DNA from: Candidatus Poribacteria bacterium
GTDB lineage: Bacteria > Poribacteria > WGA-4E > PCPOR2b
Length of the DNA: 64,000 nucleotides
Assembly: GCA_965208325.1 (NCBI GenBank)
Contig: OZ242326.1
Location: 2,112,001 to 2,176,000, forward strand
Direction: 5' to 3'
Shown here: positions 1 through 9,827 of the stretch, piece by piece
Numbering within the stretch: position 1 is the first letter of the stretch
Layout: each line of letters starts with the position of its first letter
Notes under the pieces: generated by a model
What the model was told of the DNA's origin: nothing
Databases searched by the model: none
The model's input: only the letters and a program-made list of their open reading frames with translations
Made by a program: the position numbers and the translations under genes

Positions 1-301
1 GGCGGATGGACTCAATGGGGACATTCGTGAAAAATTGGATACTACGAACCGGTCCACGTGAGGAAATTGAGATGTGGGGAACAATCCGGTAGCCGGGGTT
101 ACGGAAATACTCAATGATAGGAATCAACGCTACATCAAGGTTGCCGCATTTCAAGTCGTCTGCCAAACGACTGGGATAATCGAGAGAAAGCCTGATTTCA
201 CCGTCAGCCTGAAATAGACAATTATTTAAGAGCGGATAGATTAGAGGTTTTGTGTTCAAGTATGATACCGCACCGACCCTTACGCGGCCCTTCTGTGCCA
301 T
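1..301 (-). CDS. mqnA: Chorismate dehydratase of the futalosine menaquinone pathway; runs off the window edge
   Basis: Not in the ORF track. Manual translation from ATG at 301: MAQKGRVRVGAVSYLNTKPLIYPL...DYPSRLADDLKCGNLDVALIPIIEYF...ISISSRGPVRSI, the typical MqnA N-terminus. Overlaps the 3' end of mqnE. Confidence 0.88.
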   Translation of the reverse strand, partial: MAQKGRVRVGAVSYLNTKPLIYPLLNNCLFQADGEIRLSLDYPSRLADDLKCGNLDVALIPIIEYFRNPGYRIVPHISISSRGPVRSIQFFTNVPIESIR

Positions 302-1416
302 CTATGCCCCTCTCGGATGATTTCGTTGTAGAGCGTATCGCGTTCTATGGGAACTCTACCCGCTTCTCTGATTACGCGGGAAATCTCCGCCACGGTGACC
401 GATTCGGGGGTCACCGCGCCAGCCATGTGAGTAATCTTCTCCTCCGTCACCGTCCCATCAATGTCGTCTGCACCGTAGCTCAATGACACCTGCGCGACGT
501 TTATCCCAATCATAATCCAGTAGGCTTTGATGTGAGGGAAATTGTCCAGCATCAAGCGGGACACTGCAATATTCTGTAAATCCGTTAACCCCGACGTGCT
601 CGGTAGGTATGCCATGCGCGTGTTCTCCGGGTGAAACGCTAGCGGAATGAATGTAACGAAACCGCCCGATTTGTCCTGTTGTGTGCGCAGACGAATTAGG
701 TGGTCAACCCGGTCTTCGACCGTTTCAAGGTGCCCGTAAAGCATGGTTGCGTTTGTTGGGATATCGAGCCGGTGTGCAATGTCATGCACCTCAAGCCAGC
801 CTTCAGCACTCAGTTTGCCGGGGCAAATTTTCTCCCGCGTCTCTTCCGCAAAGATTTCCGCCCCGCCGCCGGGCAGCGAATCTAACCCTGCTTCACGCAA
901 CGCAATCAAGACTTCCTCAATCGACATCTTGAATATCCGAGAAAAATGGTGTATTTCCACCGCCGTGAAAAACTTCAGGTGCACTTGAGGCATCCGTTTT
1001 TTGAGTCCACGCAGCATGTCGAGATAATATTCAAACGGTAACTTGGGGTGCAGTCCACCGACGCTGTGGATTTCCGTGCAGCCGTGGTCGATTGAATACG
1101 CCGCATTGTCGAGAAATTCGTCTACGCTCATCTCCCACGCCCCGTCTGTCTTTATGTTCTTACGGGCGAACGCACAGAAGTGACAGCGCGCGTGCAGAAT
1201 ACATACATTCGAGTAGTCGATATGTTGGTTAATATTGTAGTAGGCGAAATTCCCGTTTTGGCGTTCTCGCACGATGTTGGCGAGATACCCGACGCCCGTG
1301 ATGTCAGGGCTTTCATAGAGCGCGACACCGTCGTCAAAAGAGAGACGCTCCTCCGCTTGCACCTTATCGTGGATGGGGTACAGGTTTGCGTCCGTTATCG
1401 GTAGATTTTTTCCCAT
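280..1416 (-). CDS. mqnE: Aminofutalosine synthase (radical SAM)
   Basis: Cys cluster NVCILHARCHFCAF; motifs GGLHP, FTAVEI, LPGGGAEIF, KAYWIM, GADDIDGTV-EEKI-HMAGA; adjacent to mqnA. Confidence 0.88.
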   Translation of the reverse strand: MGKNLPITDANLYPIHDKVQAEERLSFDDGVALYESPDITGVGYLANIVRERQNGNFAYYNINQHIDYSNVCILHARCHFCAFARKNIKTDGAWEMSVDEFLDNAAYSIDHGCTEIHSVGGLHPKLPFEYYLDMLRGLKKRMPQVHLKFFTAVEIHHFSRIFKMSIEEVLIALREAGLDSLPGGGAEIFAEETREKICPGKLSAEGWLEVHDIAHRLDIPTNATMLYGHLETVEDRVDHLIRLRTQQDKSGGFVTFIPLAFHPENTRMAYLPSTSGLTDLQNIAVSRLMLDNFPHIKAYWIMIGINVAQVSLSYGADDIDGTVTEEKITHMAGAVTPESVTVAEISRVIREAGRVPIERDTLYNEIIREGHRWHRRAA

Positions 1417-3050
1417 TTTTGCTCCTGTTTAGATATTGAATCAGTTTTTGAATTTTTTAAAAGACCGTTCGACTTCAGATGGAAGATACTTTCGGAGTAT
1501 GCGCTTTTGTCTTTTTCCGTCCGGTTGAGAACTGGCCGTTGATATTGATTGACAATTCGCATTTCTGAACGTTCGGCGATCGATGGGTACATGTTGAACT
1601 TATCATTTGCCACCAGAAAAACATCATAATTCTGGGCCAAGAATTTTGTACAATTCCGCAATACATCTGAAACACCTTTGATATACTGTTCTCTAGCCTC
1701 TTTACCCTTTCCCTTGAAGAGCGGTCCAATTTCTAGCTCATCTTTTCGATCAAATGCAAACAAATCATAGGCGTAGGCGTGTTGTTCGTGATAGTTGATT
1801 AGCCCAACATAGGGCGGACTCGAGAAAACCCCATTAATCTTCTGAGTATTCACGAAACGAGCAAAATCAGGGTTTTCCGCCTTTAATGCCTCGACTATGT
1901 CAATTGTCCGAGAATCTCCAGTCAGACAGGTTTGAAACGTGCCTGTCCTTAATCTATCGAAGTGAACGAGGCGCTGAATTGTATCTTGACAGTATCGTTC
2001 CCACCAACTCAATATTGAAAACAGCGGCCTGCACATTTTGCCATGCTTGGCGCAGTAATAAACGGTCGTTACAGGTTCTTTTAAAGTTGCCAAATCTGCA
2101 TGCGTCGTTGCTCGGCAGGTACGAATGGTTCGGCTCAAAATAATCTGAATCACCCGCTGGATTTCACGGATTTTAATGTGGCTCACACGCTCAAAAACAA
2201 AATCAATCTCCGCCCTTACCGGCGACAAATACCACATATCAAGGAAATTCTCTGACTTTCTCTGCCACAGCTTTATCCCATGTTGGTTTATTAGTTGAAA
2301 ATACCTGAGTGAGAATTCGTCCTCTTTTTCTTTCCCGTATTTCTCTTGATTAATCAGTCCTTGCCTGACTTTGTACTTGAAATCCGGAGACGGAAAATGT
2401 TCGTTATTGAACTTGGCGAGTTCCTCGGTAAGTTGTATTTCAAATTGAACAACATTGGATTGGCTGATGAACCGTTTCAGAGCGTTTGTGATGCTGTGAA
2501 TTTCATCCTGCACATCAATGAGACTATGTTTTTCTATTTTGATGTTGCTAATGAGTGTATTAAATGCAGATATATCAATTCCGATAGCGTGCATTCCAAG
2601 CTCGTTCGCTTGCACCAGTGTTGTGCCGCTGCCACAAAACGGATCCAGGATAATATCACCTTGTTCGAAACAGACATCTTTTTTAAAATCATCCGTATGA
2701 CCATCTAAGAAGTATTCAACCAGTTGCGGAATGAACTTTCCTTTATATGGGTGGAGCCTATGGACATGTTTCGTCGTATCCGCTTCTTTCAAAAAATCAA
2801 ATGACAATCCCCAATTTACGTCTTCGCCTAACTGCGCTTTCCAGTTGATTTCTCGTTTTCCTAAATATGACTGATAGTATTTAATCAAATCCTGTTTTGA
2901 TATGCTGGTGGAACCATTATTGTCATATTTTCGTATCCTTCCATACTGGATTAGATAAGAGATATTGGAAGCGGTCACATTCTTCTTCAGATATTCGGTT
3001 GCCCATTTGCTGGCTTGAGGAATTGTCAATAAATCCGCGTCTTCAACCAT
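1395..3050 (-). CDS. Orphan DNA amino-methyltransferase (probably N4-cytosine, alpha motif order) with N-terminal HTH
   Basis: HPYKGKF, motif I DPFCGSGTT, a long central region, then motif IV SPPY. HTH-like N-terminus LLTIPQASKWA...SNISYLIQYGRI. More AT-rich than its flanks. Confidence 0.85.
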   Translation of the reverse strand: MVEDADLLTIPQASKWATEYLKKNVTASNISYLIQYGRIRKYDNNGSTSISKQDLIKYYQSYLGKREINWKAQLGEDVNWGLSFDFLKEADTTKHVHRLHPYKGKFIPQLVEYFLDGHTDDFKKDVCFEQGDIILDPFCGSGTTLVQANELGMHAIGIDISAFNTLISNIKIEKHSLIDVQDEIHSITNALKRFISQSNVVQFEIQLTEELAKFNNEHFPSPDFKYKVRQGLINQEKYGKEKEDEFSLRYFQLINQHGIKLWQRKSENFLDMWYLSPVRAEIDFVFERVSHIKIREIQRVIQIILSRTIRTCRATTHADLATLKEPVTTVYYCAKHGKMCRPLFSILSWWERYCQDTIQRLVHFDRLRTGTFQTCLTGDSRTIDIVEALKAENPDFARFVNTQKINGVFSSPPYVGLINYHEQHAYAYDLFAFDRKDELEIGPLFKGKGKEAREQYIKGVSDVLRNCTKFLAQNYDVFLVANDKFNMYPSIAERSEMRIVNQYQRPVLNRTEKDKSAYSESIFHLKSNGLLKNSKTDSISKQEQKWEKIYR

Positions 3051-3120
3051 ATTTGCGATTCTCTAAAAATAGTTATCCTTAGCTGAAATCTCCGTCCATT
3101 TCCCAAAATTGGATATCAGT

Positions 3121-3149
3121 ATTATAGCCCAGAGTATGTTGCCGTGCAA
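3121..3149 (-). promoter_or_regulatory. Sigma70-type promoter for the MTase-mqnE-mqnA unit
   Basis: Minus strand TTGCAC-17 bp-TATAAT, about 70 bp upstream of the MTase ATG. Confidence 0.6.
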
Positions 3150-3228
3150 GCGAATATTTCGCCTTGCTCACGGGTTTTCATTTTGGTACACTTTCGAAAA
3201 TTGAGTCAACTGCGGGAGGTGATTTCCA

Positions 3229-4044
3229 ATGGATACTTCTCATTCCAGCGTTATCACGCTGACGACCGATTTTGGAACGAACGACCCTTACATCGGCGTC
3301 ATGAAAGGCGTGATTCTAAATATCAATCCACATATTCACATCGTTGACATCACACATTCGATTCCGCCCCAAAACATTCATGATGCCGCATTCATCATTG
3401 ATTCAGCGTACCGTTATTTTCCGAGCGGAAGTATCCATGTGGTCGTTGTAGATCCAGGAGTTGGAAGTACACGCCGGGCTATCGCCTGCCAAACTGAAAC
3501 GGGTTGCTTCGTCTGCCCGGACAACGGCGTATTGAGCTACGTGCTTGATGAGGATGCCCCGTATCGCGCTGTCTCCGTGGACAACACCGAATATTGCCTA
3601 CCTGAGATTAGCAATACTTTTCACGGCAGGGACATATTCGCACCTATTGCCGCGCACCTATCACGGGGAATTCCCCTCGGCGACATCGGGCGTACGGTTA
3701 ACAACCCCGTGCGTCTGAACAGCTCAAAAGCTCAAGTCACGAAGACTGAAATCATCGGGCGCATTATTTGGATCGATAGTTTCGGCAACCTAATCAGCAA
3801 CATTTCTAGTGAAATCTTCGAATCGACAATTGCCCGTGAAAATTTCGCCATCCGGGCAGGAGATGCCGAGATTAACCGGCTTAACGGCTCTTACGCCGAG
3901 TCTCAAGCCGGAGAGTGTTTGGCGATTATCGGCAGTTTCGGGCGGTTAGAGATCTCGGTCAACCAAGGAAATGCCGCACAACTGCTCGAATTGAAGCGCG
4001 GCGACCAAATCGTGGTTCGTAAGACGGAAAAGACTCGACAATAA
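3229..4044 (+). CDS. SAM hydrolase / SAM-dependent halogenase family protein (DUF62)
   Basis: TLTTDFG, VVVVDPGVGS-RR, PDNG, SNTFHGRDIFAP, DSFGN motifs. Confidence 0.9.
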   Translation: MDTSHSSVITLTTDFGTNDPYIGVMKGVILNINPHIHIVDITHSIPPQNIHDAAFIIDSAYRYFPSGSIHVVVVDPGVGSTRRAIACQTETGCFVCPDNGVLSYVLDEDAPYRAVSVDNTEYCLPEISNTFHGRDIFAPIAAHLSRGIPLGDIGRTVNNPVRLNSSKAQVTKTEIIGRIIWIDSFGNLISNISSEIFESTIARENFAIRAGDAEINRLNGSYAESQAGECLAIIGSFGRLEISVNQGNAAQLLELKRGDQIVVRKTEKTRQ

Positions 4045-4312
4045 ACCTCGTCAAAGCGAGGCCGTAGACTATTAGTTGCTCAAGCCGAACACCAAACGGT
4101 CTCACTGTCGTTTCACGCTGTAATCGTTGCGGCAGATTTCGTAGTGGATTCAAGTGATATATTGCAATTTTTTTACCGACTGCCTGATAAATGGTGACGT
4201 ATTAAGGGTAGTGATTTCTATTGACGGTATCAGGGATTCTTGCTACGCTATCCTGACAGCGGATTTGGCACTAACAATCCGTGAATACCTGTCTTTCGGA
4301 GGCATATAATAG

Positions 4313-5071
4313 ATGAGTTCAGTTAGTAAAGTCGCTATCGTCACGGGCGCCGGAACCGGCATTGGTAAACGGACAGCGTTGGCTCTTTTGCAGGAAGGAT
4401 ATTCCGTTTCACTAGCGGGGCGGCGCGCAGAGACGCTTGAGATGACTGCGGCGGAAGCGGGGCAGTCCGGTTGCCGAACTTTGGTTGTACCAACTGACGT
4501 GGCTCAACCTGCCTCCGTACGATCCCTCTTCGCCAAGACGAATGAGGTTTTTGGCAGGCTTGATCTTTTATTTAACAATGCGGGTACCGGCGCGCCGCCC
4601 GTACTATTGGAAGATTTAACTTTCGAACAATGGAAAACCGTGGTAGATGTCAACTTGACCGGCGCGTTTCTGTGCACGCAAGAGGCATTCAAGATTATGA
4701 AAAGCCAGGAACCTAGGGGCGGGCGCATCATCAATAACGGCTCCATATCCGCACACGTACCTCGCCCAAACTCCGCCCCTTATACAGCCACCAAACACGC
4801 GATGACTGGACTTACCCGCTCCTCGGCTCTTGACGGACGCAAATACGATATCGCGTGCGGCCAGATTGACATTGGGAATGCTGCGACTGAAATGACGGAG
4901 CGGATGAACGACGGCGTTCCGCAAGCAGATGGTTCCGTCATGGTTGAACCGAGAATGGACGCAGACAACGTCGCACGCGCGGTAGTTTACATGGCTAGCC
5001 TCCCGCTAGATACCGTGGTACAATTCATGACTGTCATGGCGTCGAAGATGCCTTACATTGGGCGCGGTTAA
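4313..5071 (+). CDS. Short-chain dehydrogenase/reductase
   Basis: [17 protein letters not shown]. Confidence 0.9.
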   Translation: MSSVSKVAIVTGAGTGIGKRTALALLQEGYSVSLAGRRAETLEMTAAEAGQSGCRTLVVPTDVAQPASVRSLFAKTNEVFGRLDLLFNNAGTGAPPVLLEDLTFEQWKTVVDVNLTGAFLCTQEAFKIMKSQEPRGGRIINNGSISAHVPRPNSAPYTATKHAMTGLTRSSALDGRKYDIACGQIDIGNAATEMTERMNDGVPQADGSVMVEPRMDADNVARAVVYMASLPLDTVVQFMTVMASKMPYIGRG

Positions 5072-5088
5072 CCGAATGACGCCCTTAA

Positions 5089-5415
5089 AAGCCTGTTTGA
5101 ATAATAGGCGGCAAAGCGATTTTTGGGCGTTTGAATTGGTATAATTGGTGGGGCTTCTATCGCGCGGGATTTACTATCGCCTTCGCAATTCGCTCAGTTG
5201 ATTCTATTCAGTAGCTTGATCCCAGCAAACATCTTACGCTAGAATTGCGCGGGTCAAGATGCCCCGCCTACAGGGCGTGGTGGCGCGTGCGGGGCAAGGA
5301 AGATCTCTATCGCACTCCTTATTCAGCCGCTTGATACCCGCCTACGGAGGGTCGTGGGGTACTATTCGCCTGTCGGCCGTATCGGGCTGAATAAAATGAA
5401 TTTACAAACAGGTTC
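5089..5415. mobile_element. MITE-like non-autonomous element, copy 1 (IS5-like ends)
   Basis: Imperfect terminal IRs AAGCCTGTTTG...CAAACAGGTTC flanked by TAA/TTA. 5165-5209 is identical to 27228-27272. Confidence 0.6.
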
Positions 5416-5420
5416 TTAGG

Positions 5421-6356
5421 ATGGTAGACATGCCGAGTTGGGATATATTCGGTTGCGGCATCGTTGCTGTTGATGATTTTATCACCGTGGACAGCTACCC
5501 GCCGCCTGACGCAAAAACCCCGGTTTTATCCAAGATTCGCCAAGGCGGCGGCCTAACAGGTACTACGCTGGTTGCGGCGTCTCGACTAGGAGCGAAATGT
5601 GCGTACGGCGGTGTGTTAGGCGACGATTCACTCTCCGCTTGGACGATTGAAGAGTTAGAACGCGAAGGCGTCGATTGCGGACCGACTATTCGTCAAGCCG
5701 GCGCGCAACCATTCCACTCTGTTATTATTGTTGACCGCACAGCGAAGACCCGGAATATCTTCTACTCAGACGCAGAAGTTATACCGCGCCCGTTAGAAAG
5801 CATCAATGAATCACTCATTGGTCAGACTCGTTTGCTATTTATAGACCACCTTGGCGTCGAGAATATGTTGTACGCAGCCGGAATTGCCAAAAGGATTGGT
5901 ATTCCAACGATCGCCGATATTGAACTTTGTGAACACCCTCAAACCGGCGCGTTGATGGCACAAATCGACTATCTGATACTGTCAGCGAGTTTCGCCGCAA
6001 CATTCACGGGCAAGAATGACCCTGCTCACGCAGTTTCGCATCTAGCAGCTCAGACCCCTCGTACTTGTACGATTGTTACCGCCGGCGATCAGGGCTGCTG
6101 GTACGCCTGCGGAGAAAATCCCGGTGACATCCTACATTTTCCGGCGTTTGCGGTTCAGGTGGTGGATACAACCGGTTGCGGGGATGTTTTTCACGGCGCA
6201 TATGCGGCAGGAATAACGTCTGGATTGCCGATTTCGCAATGCATTCGCTTTGCGTCCGCTGCCGCGGCAATCAAAGCCACAAAGACTGGAGGACGCGCCG
6301 GTATCCCGGACCGCGCCGCAGTTGAACAATTCCTGAATGAACGGGATACGGTGTAA
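5421..6356 (+). CDS. PfkB/ribokinase-family carbohydrate kinase (YihV-like)
   Basis: GGG-TG-TLVAASRLG and VDTTGCGDVFHG signatures. Confidence 0.88.
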   Translation: MVDMPSWDIFGCGIVAVDDFITVDSYPPPDAKTPVLSKIRQGGGLTGTTLVAASRLGAKCAYGGVLGDDSLSAWTIEELEREGVDCGPTIRQAGAQPFHSVIIVDRTAKTRNIFYSDAEVIPRPLESINESLIGQTRLLFIDHLGVENMLYAAGIAKRIGIPTIADIELCEHPQTGALMAQIDYLILSASFAATFTGKNDPAHAVSHLAAQTPRTCTIVTAGDQGCWYACGENPGDILHFPAFAVQVVDTTGCGDVFHGAYAAGITSGLPISQCIRFASAAAAIKATKTGGRAGIPDRAAVEQFLNERDTV

Positions 6357-6450
6357 TGAAATTGTATGCGGAAACTCGTCTCTCCGCGATTTGGCCTGCC
6401 GCCGATTTTGGCGGCTCGTCCTACACATAATTTGTTCTGGAGAAAAAACG

Positions 6451-7782
6451 ATGAAGAACGATTCATTGACACACACGCTGGGAGAGGGATTGGCAGAAAT
6501 CCCTGCCCTTGATTGCCATTCCCACATTGACGCTTCTCACCTCTCGGCGCGCGGACTCCACGATGTGCTGCTCTACCACATGGTAATCTCTGACTTGTAT
6601 AGCGCCGGCTGCCCCAACGGCGGCCGACTCGCCGAACATCCTGACATAAACGAAATTCACAATCGGATATCGGAAGCCATCCCGTATTTGAAGTATATCC
6701 AGAATACCAGTTGCTATTGGGGATTGAAAATCATTCTGAGGGACCTCTACCACTGGACTGAACCAATCTCTGAGGACAATTGGCTTACACTGGATGGCCT
6801 GATAAAGGAGCGGTCAACGGATTCTGACTGGCCGCGTGAGGTTATGCGCAAAGCGAATAGCCGCCGCATCGGCACAGAATTCTGGCGCGGCCACGACGGT
6901 ACGGCTGATGATATATTGCAGTATAGCTTGGAATGGGCATTTTTTACTCGTACGCAATGGGGACAGAACGACATTCCGCTTTTTGAATTGGAGAAGGCGT
7001 GGAATGAAAACGAACCATCCCCACCGCTGCCTGTGACCATTGAATCCCGCCCAAAACTAGATCGTGTCATTCGCACGATTGACGACGTGCATAACGCAAT
7101 TCAACACTATTGCGATAGAATTCCATATGAGCGAGTGCTGAGCACAGCACAACATTTCTCAACGGACATTAACTACCGTCCGGTGAGTGACAGCGAGATG
7201 GAAACCGCCCTAAGCCGCCGATCGGACGCCACAATCCAGGATCGCGACGTCTACGCAAACTATATCCTTGAAGCATTCCTGACCGAACTGGATAAACATG
7301 CGGACGAGATAGTCTATCAGTTTTCCCTTGGTGCGGAACCCTTGCCTTATGAGACGGGAAGCAAGCTCAGGCAGGAGACCATTTTCCAGTTGGCTCAAAT
7401 TTTTGAACGCCATCCGCAGTTGAGATTTCAGGTTTTTTTATCGAGCGAGCATGCGAGTCCCGCCTTGTGCACATTGGCGAGAGAGTTGCCAAACCTCTCC
7501 TTCGCTGGTTATTGGTGGCATAACTTCTTCCCCTCGACCATCCGGAAAGTCATAGCGGATCGGCTGGATATGGTGGCGGCAAACAAGCAAATCGGCTTTT
7601 TCAGCGATGCATATACAATGGAGTGGGCATACGCGAAAGCAATACTTGTCCGCAAACAACTCGCAGAAGTGTTGGCTCAGAAAGTCAGCCAAGGACAGTA
7701 TTCCATTGATGACTCGCTTTCGATTGCAAGGCAGATTTTGTTTGTGACGCCCCAAAGCCTCTTGGGCATGCAGCCGGCGTGA
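6451..7782 (+). CDS. Uronate isomerase (UxaC)-like amidohydrolase-superfamily protein
   Basis: DCHSH metal motif, YWWHNF, FSDAY. Start moved to ATG 6451 after a GGAG RBS. Confidence 0.7.
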   Translation: MKNDSLTHTLGEGLAEIPALDCHSHIDASHLSARGLHDVLLYHMVISDLYSAGCPNGGRLAEHPDINEIHNRISEAIPYLKYIQNTSCYWGLKIILRDLYHWTEPISEDNWLTLDGLIKERSTDSDWPREVMRKANSRRIGTEFWRGHDGTADDILQYSLEWAFFTRTQWGQNDIPLFELEKAWNENEPSPPLPVTIESRPKLDRVIRTIDDVHNAIQHYCDRIPYERVLSTAQHFSTDINYRPVSDSEMETALSRRSDATIQDRDVYANYILEAFLTELDKHADEIVYQFSLGAEPLPYETGSKLRQETIFQLAQIFERHPQLRFQVFLSSEHASPALCTLARELPNLSFAGYWWHNFFPSTIRKVIADRLDMVAANKQIGFFSDAYTMEWAYAKAILVRKQLAEVLAQKVSQGQYSIDDSLSIARQILFVTPQSLLGMQPA

Positions 7783-7842
7783 TTGTTGCCCTGTGGCGAT
7801 TCAAAATCCCAGCTAGCCAAAATAGTATCAAAAGACTGGCAA

Positions 7843-8679
7843 ATGACACCAACATTTCTCGCTATTGGACACTTCTGTTATGATGTTTCACCGAGCGGTT
7901 ATGTGCTTGGAGGTTCGGCGGCATATTCGACGATTACAGCGCGAAATCTTGGTTGCCGCGCACGCGCCATTACTGCTGCCGGAAGTGATTTTGACCCACA
8001 GAATCCGACGTTAGACGGCATCGAAGTAATTTACCTAGAATCGTCAAACACGACCATCTTCGAGAACCGGTACGGCGCAGACGGCGGGCGGGAACAATTA
8101 ATCTTGTCTCTAGGCAGCAGATTAAAACCGCAGGTCATTGGGTCGGATTCTCGTAACGCAGAAATTGCTTATCTGTGCCCGATTGCTGATGAAGTTTACC
8201 CTGATTGTATTCACAGCCTCAATTCCGCCTTAATCGGTGTCACGCCGCAAGGTTGGATGCGGCAGTTGGACGGAGACTCGCAAGTTGTTCGGCCGAAGCG
8301 GTGGGATTCTTCTCCCGCTATTTTACCGTATGCCGATGTGCTAATTTTGAGTGAGGAGGATTTGATCGCCTATCCGGATGAGCTGGAGAAATATATTGAA
8401 TTGACAAGAATTGTGGTTTTAACCAAGGGCAGGTATGGCGCTACATTGTATGAAAACGGCCAAGCATTGGACTCCCAAGCCTATCCTGCGAATGAAGTTG
8501 ACCCTACGGGCGCCGGTGACGTTTTTGCAGCCGCGTTTTTAATCAAATATTTCGAAACTCGGATACCGCAGGAGGCTCTCAATTTTGCGCACTGCGCAGC
8601 GTCATTCGCGGTCGAAGGAAAATATACAACAAACATACCGACGTTGGAGGCAATCCAAAATCGCTTGAAACCAATTTAA
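7843..8679 (+). CDS. PfkB-family carbohydrate kinase
   Basis: LGGSAAYS and VDPTGAGDVFAAAF; ATG at 7843 preferred over TTG 7783. Confidence 0.85.
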   Translation: MTPTFLAIGHFCYDVSPSGYVLGGSAAYSTITARNLGCRARAITAAGSDFDPQNPTLDGIEVIYLESSNTTIFENRYGADGGREQLILSLGSRLKPQVIGSDSRNAEIAYLCPIADEVYPDCIHSLNSALIGVTPQGWMRQLDGDSQVVRPKRWDSSPAILPYADVLILSEEDLIAYPDELEKYIELTRIVVLTKGRYGATLYENGQALDSQAYPANEVDPTGAGDVFAAAFLIKYFETRIPQEALNFAHCAASFAVEGKYTTNIPTLEAIQNRLKPI

Positions 8680-8779
8680 GGCTGGTGCTTAAGAGTGCCA
8701 GCCGCGGCGATGTGAATTTTCTCTCAAATCGTCAGAACAGTGGACAGATTTGTACTTCCGATTCAACCCCACCGATGCG

Positions 8780-9754
8780 TCAGTTCACCTGCATAGCTCT
8801 TCGCCATTCAAAACAGCGCACCATCTGATCCGAATCGACCGGTTCCAATTGCGGCATTTCACTCCTGCATTGCTCGGTTGCAAATTCACACCGCGACGCA
8901 AAGCGGCAGCCATCAGGCATTTGCGTCGGTTCCGGAACACTACCTTGAATTGCGGTTAGGCGGTGAGCGTTTCCCGATAATTTAGGAACGGCATTCAGCA
9001 ACCCCTTGGTATAGGGGTGGTACGCACGTTCAAACAGCTTGTCGACCATCGCGCTTTCGACAACTTGCCCGGCGTACATGACTAATACTCGGTGCGCTGC
9101 CTCTGAAATTACACCGAGATTGTGCGTGATCAACAAGACCGCCATGCCCATATCGTCTTGAAGTTTGCCGATTAAATCAAGGATTTGTGCTTGAATTGTG
9201 ACATCGAGTGCAGTTGTGGGTTCGTCAGCAATGAGGAGGGAAGGGTAGCAGGAGATTGCCATTGCAATCATGACACGCTGCCGCATGCCGCCGCTCATCT
9301 GATGCGGATAATTGTGCACACTTTCTTTGGGAGTGGGAATGCCGACAGCAGCAAGGGATTCTATGCTCTGTTGCCAGGCTGTTTTTTTATCTAGCCCCTG
9401 ATGACGCCTAATTGCCTCAGCAATCTGATTGCCGACGGTAAATACGGGATTTAGCGAAACCATGGGTTCCTGGAAGACAATCGAAATCTCATTGCCGCGA
9501 ATATCGCGCATTTCGGATTCTCTTCGGGCGAGCAGGTTCTCACCGTTCCACCAAATCTCCCCTGCCACGATTTTTCCGGGCGGCGGCACAAGACGCAATA
9601 TCGAAAGTGCGGTCATACTTTTACCGCACCCTGATTCACCGACTATGCCAAGTGTCTCCCCTTTCGCAAGTGTGAAACTCACGTCATCGACAGCGGGAAC
9701 AATACCATCATCAGTATCAAAATAGGTTTTCAGGTTATTCACGCGAAGCAGCAT
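8780..9754 (-). CDS. Oligopeptide/dipeptide ABC transporter ATP-binding protein (OppD/DppD type)
   Basis: GESGCGKS, YPHQMSGGMRQR, ADEPTTALD, HPYT, C-terminal GCRFASRC. Confidence 0.93.
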   Translation of the reverse strand: MLLRVNNLKTYFDTDDGIVPAVDDVSFTLAKGETLGIVGESGCGKSMTALSILRLVPPPGKIVAGEIWWNGENLLARRESEMRDIRGNEISIVFQEPMVSLNPVFTVGNQIAEAIRRHQGLDKKTAWQQSIESLAAVGIPTPKESVHNYPHQMSGGMRQRVMIAMAISCYPSLLIADEPTTALDVTIQAQILDLIGKLQDDMGMAVLLITHNLGVISEAAHRVLVMYAGQVVESAMVDKLFERAYHPYTKGLLNAVPKLSGNAHRLTAIQGSVPEPTQMPDGCRFASRCEFATEQCRSEMPQLEPVDSDQMVRCFEWRRAMQVN

Positions 9755-9827
9755 AACTGAATTTTAAGGCTGATGATGTGCACGGACAGCGGAATTAGCG
9801 CCTCTGCGCATCCTGACCTCCAGTTTT

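Noticed and set aside
6451..8679. Read-through fusion of the UxaC-like and PfkB genes (same frame, single TGA)
   Set aside because: Both domains are complete, the second gene has its own ATG at 7843, and no SECIS-like stem is evident. The shared frame is probably coincidence.
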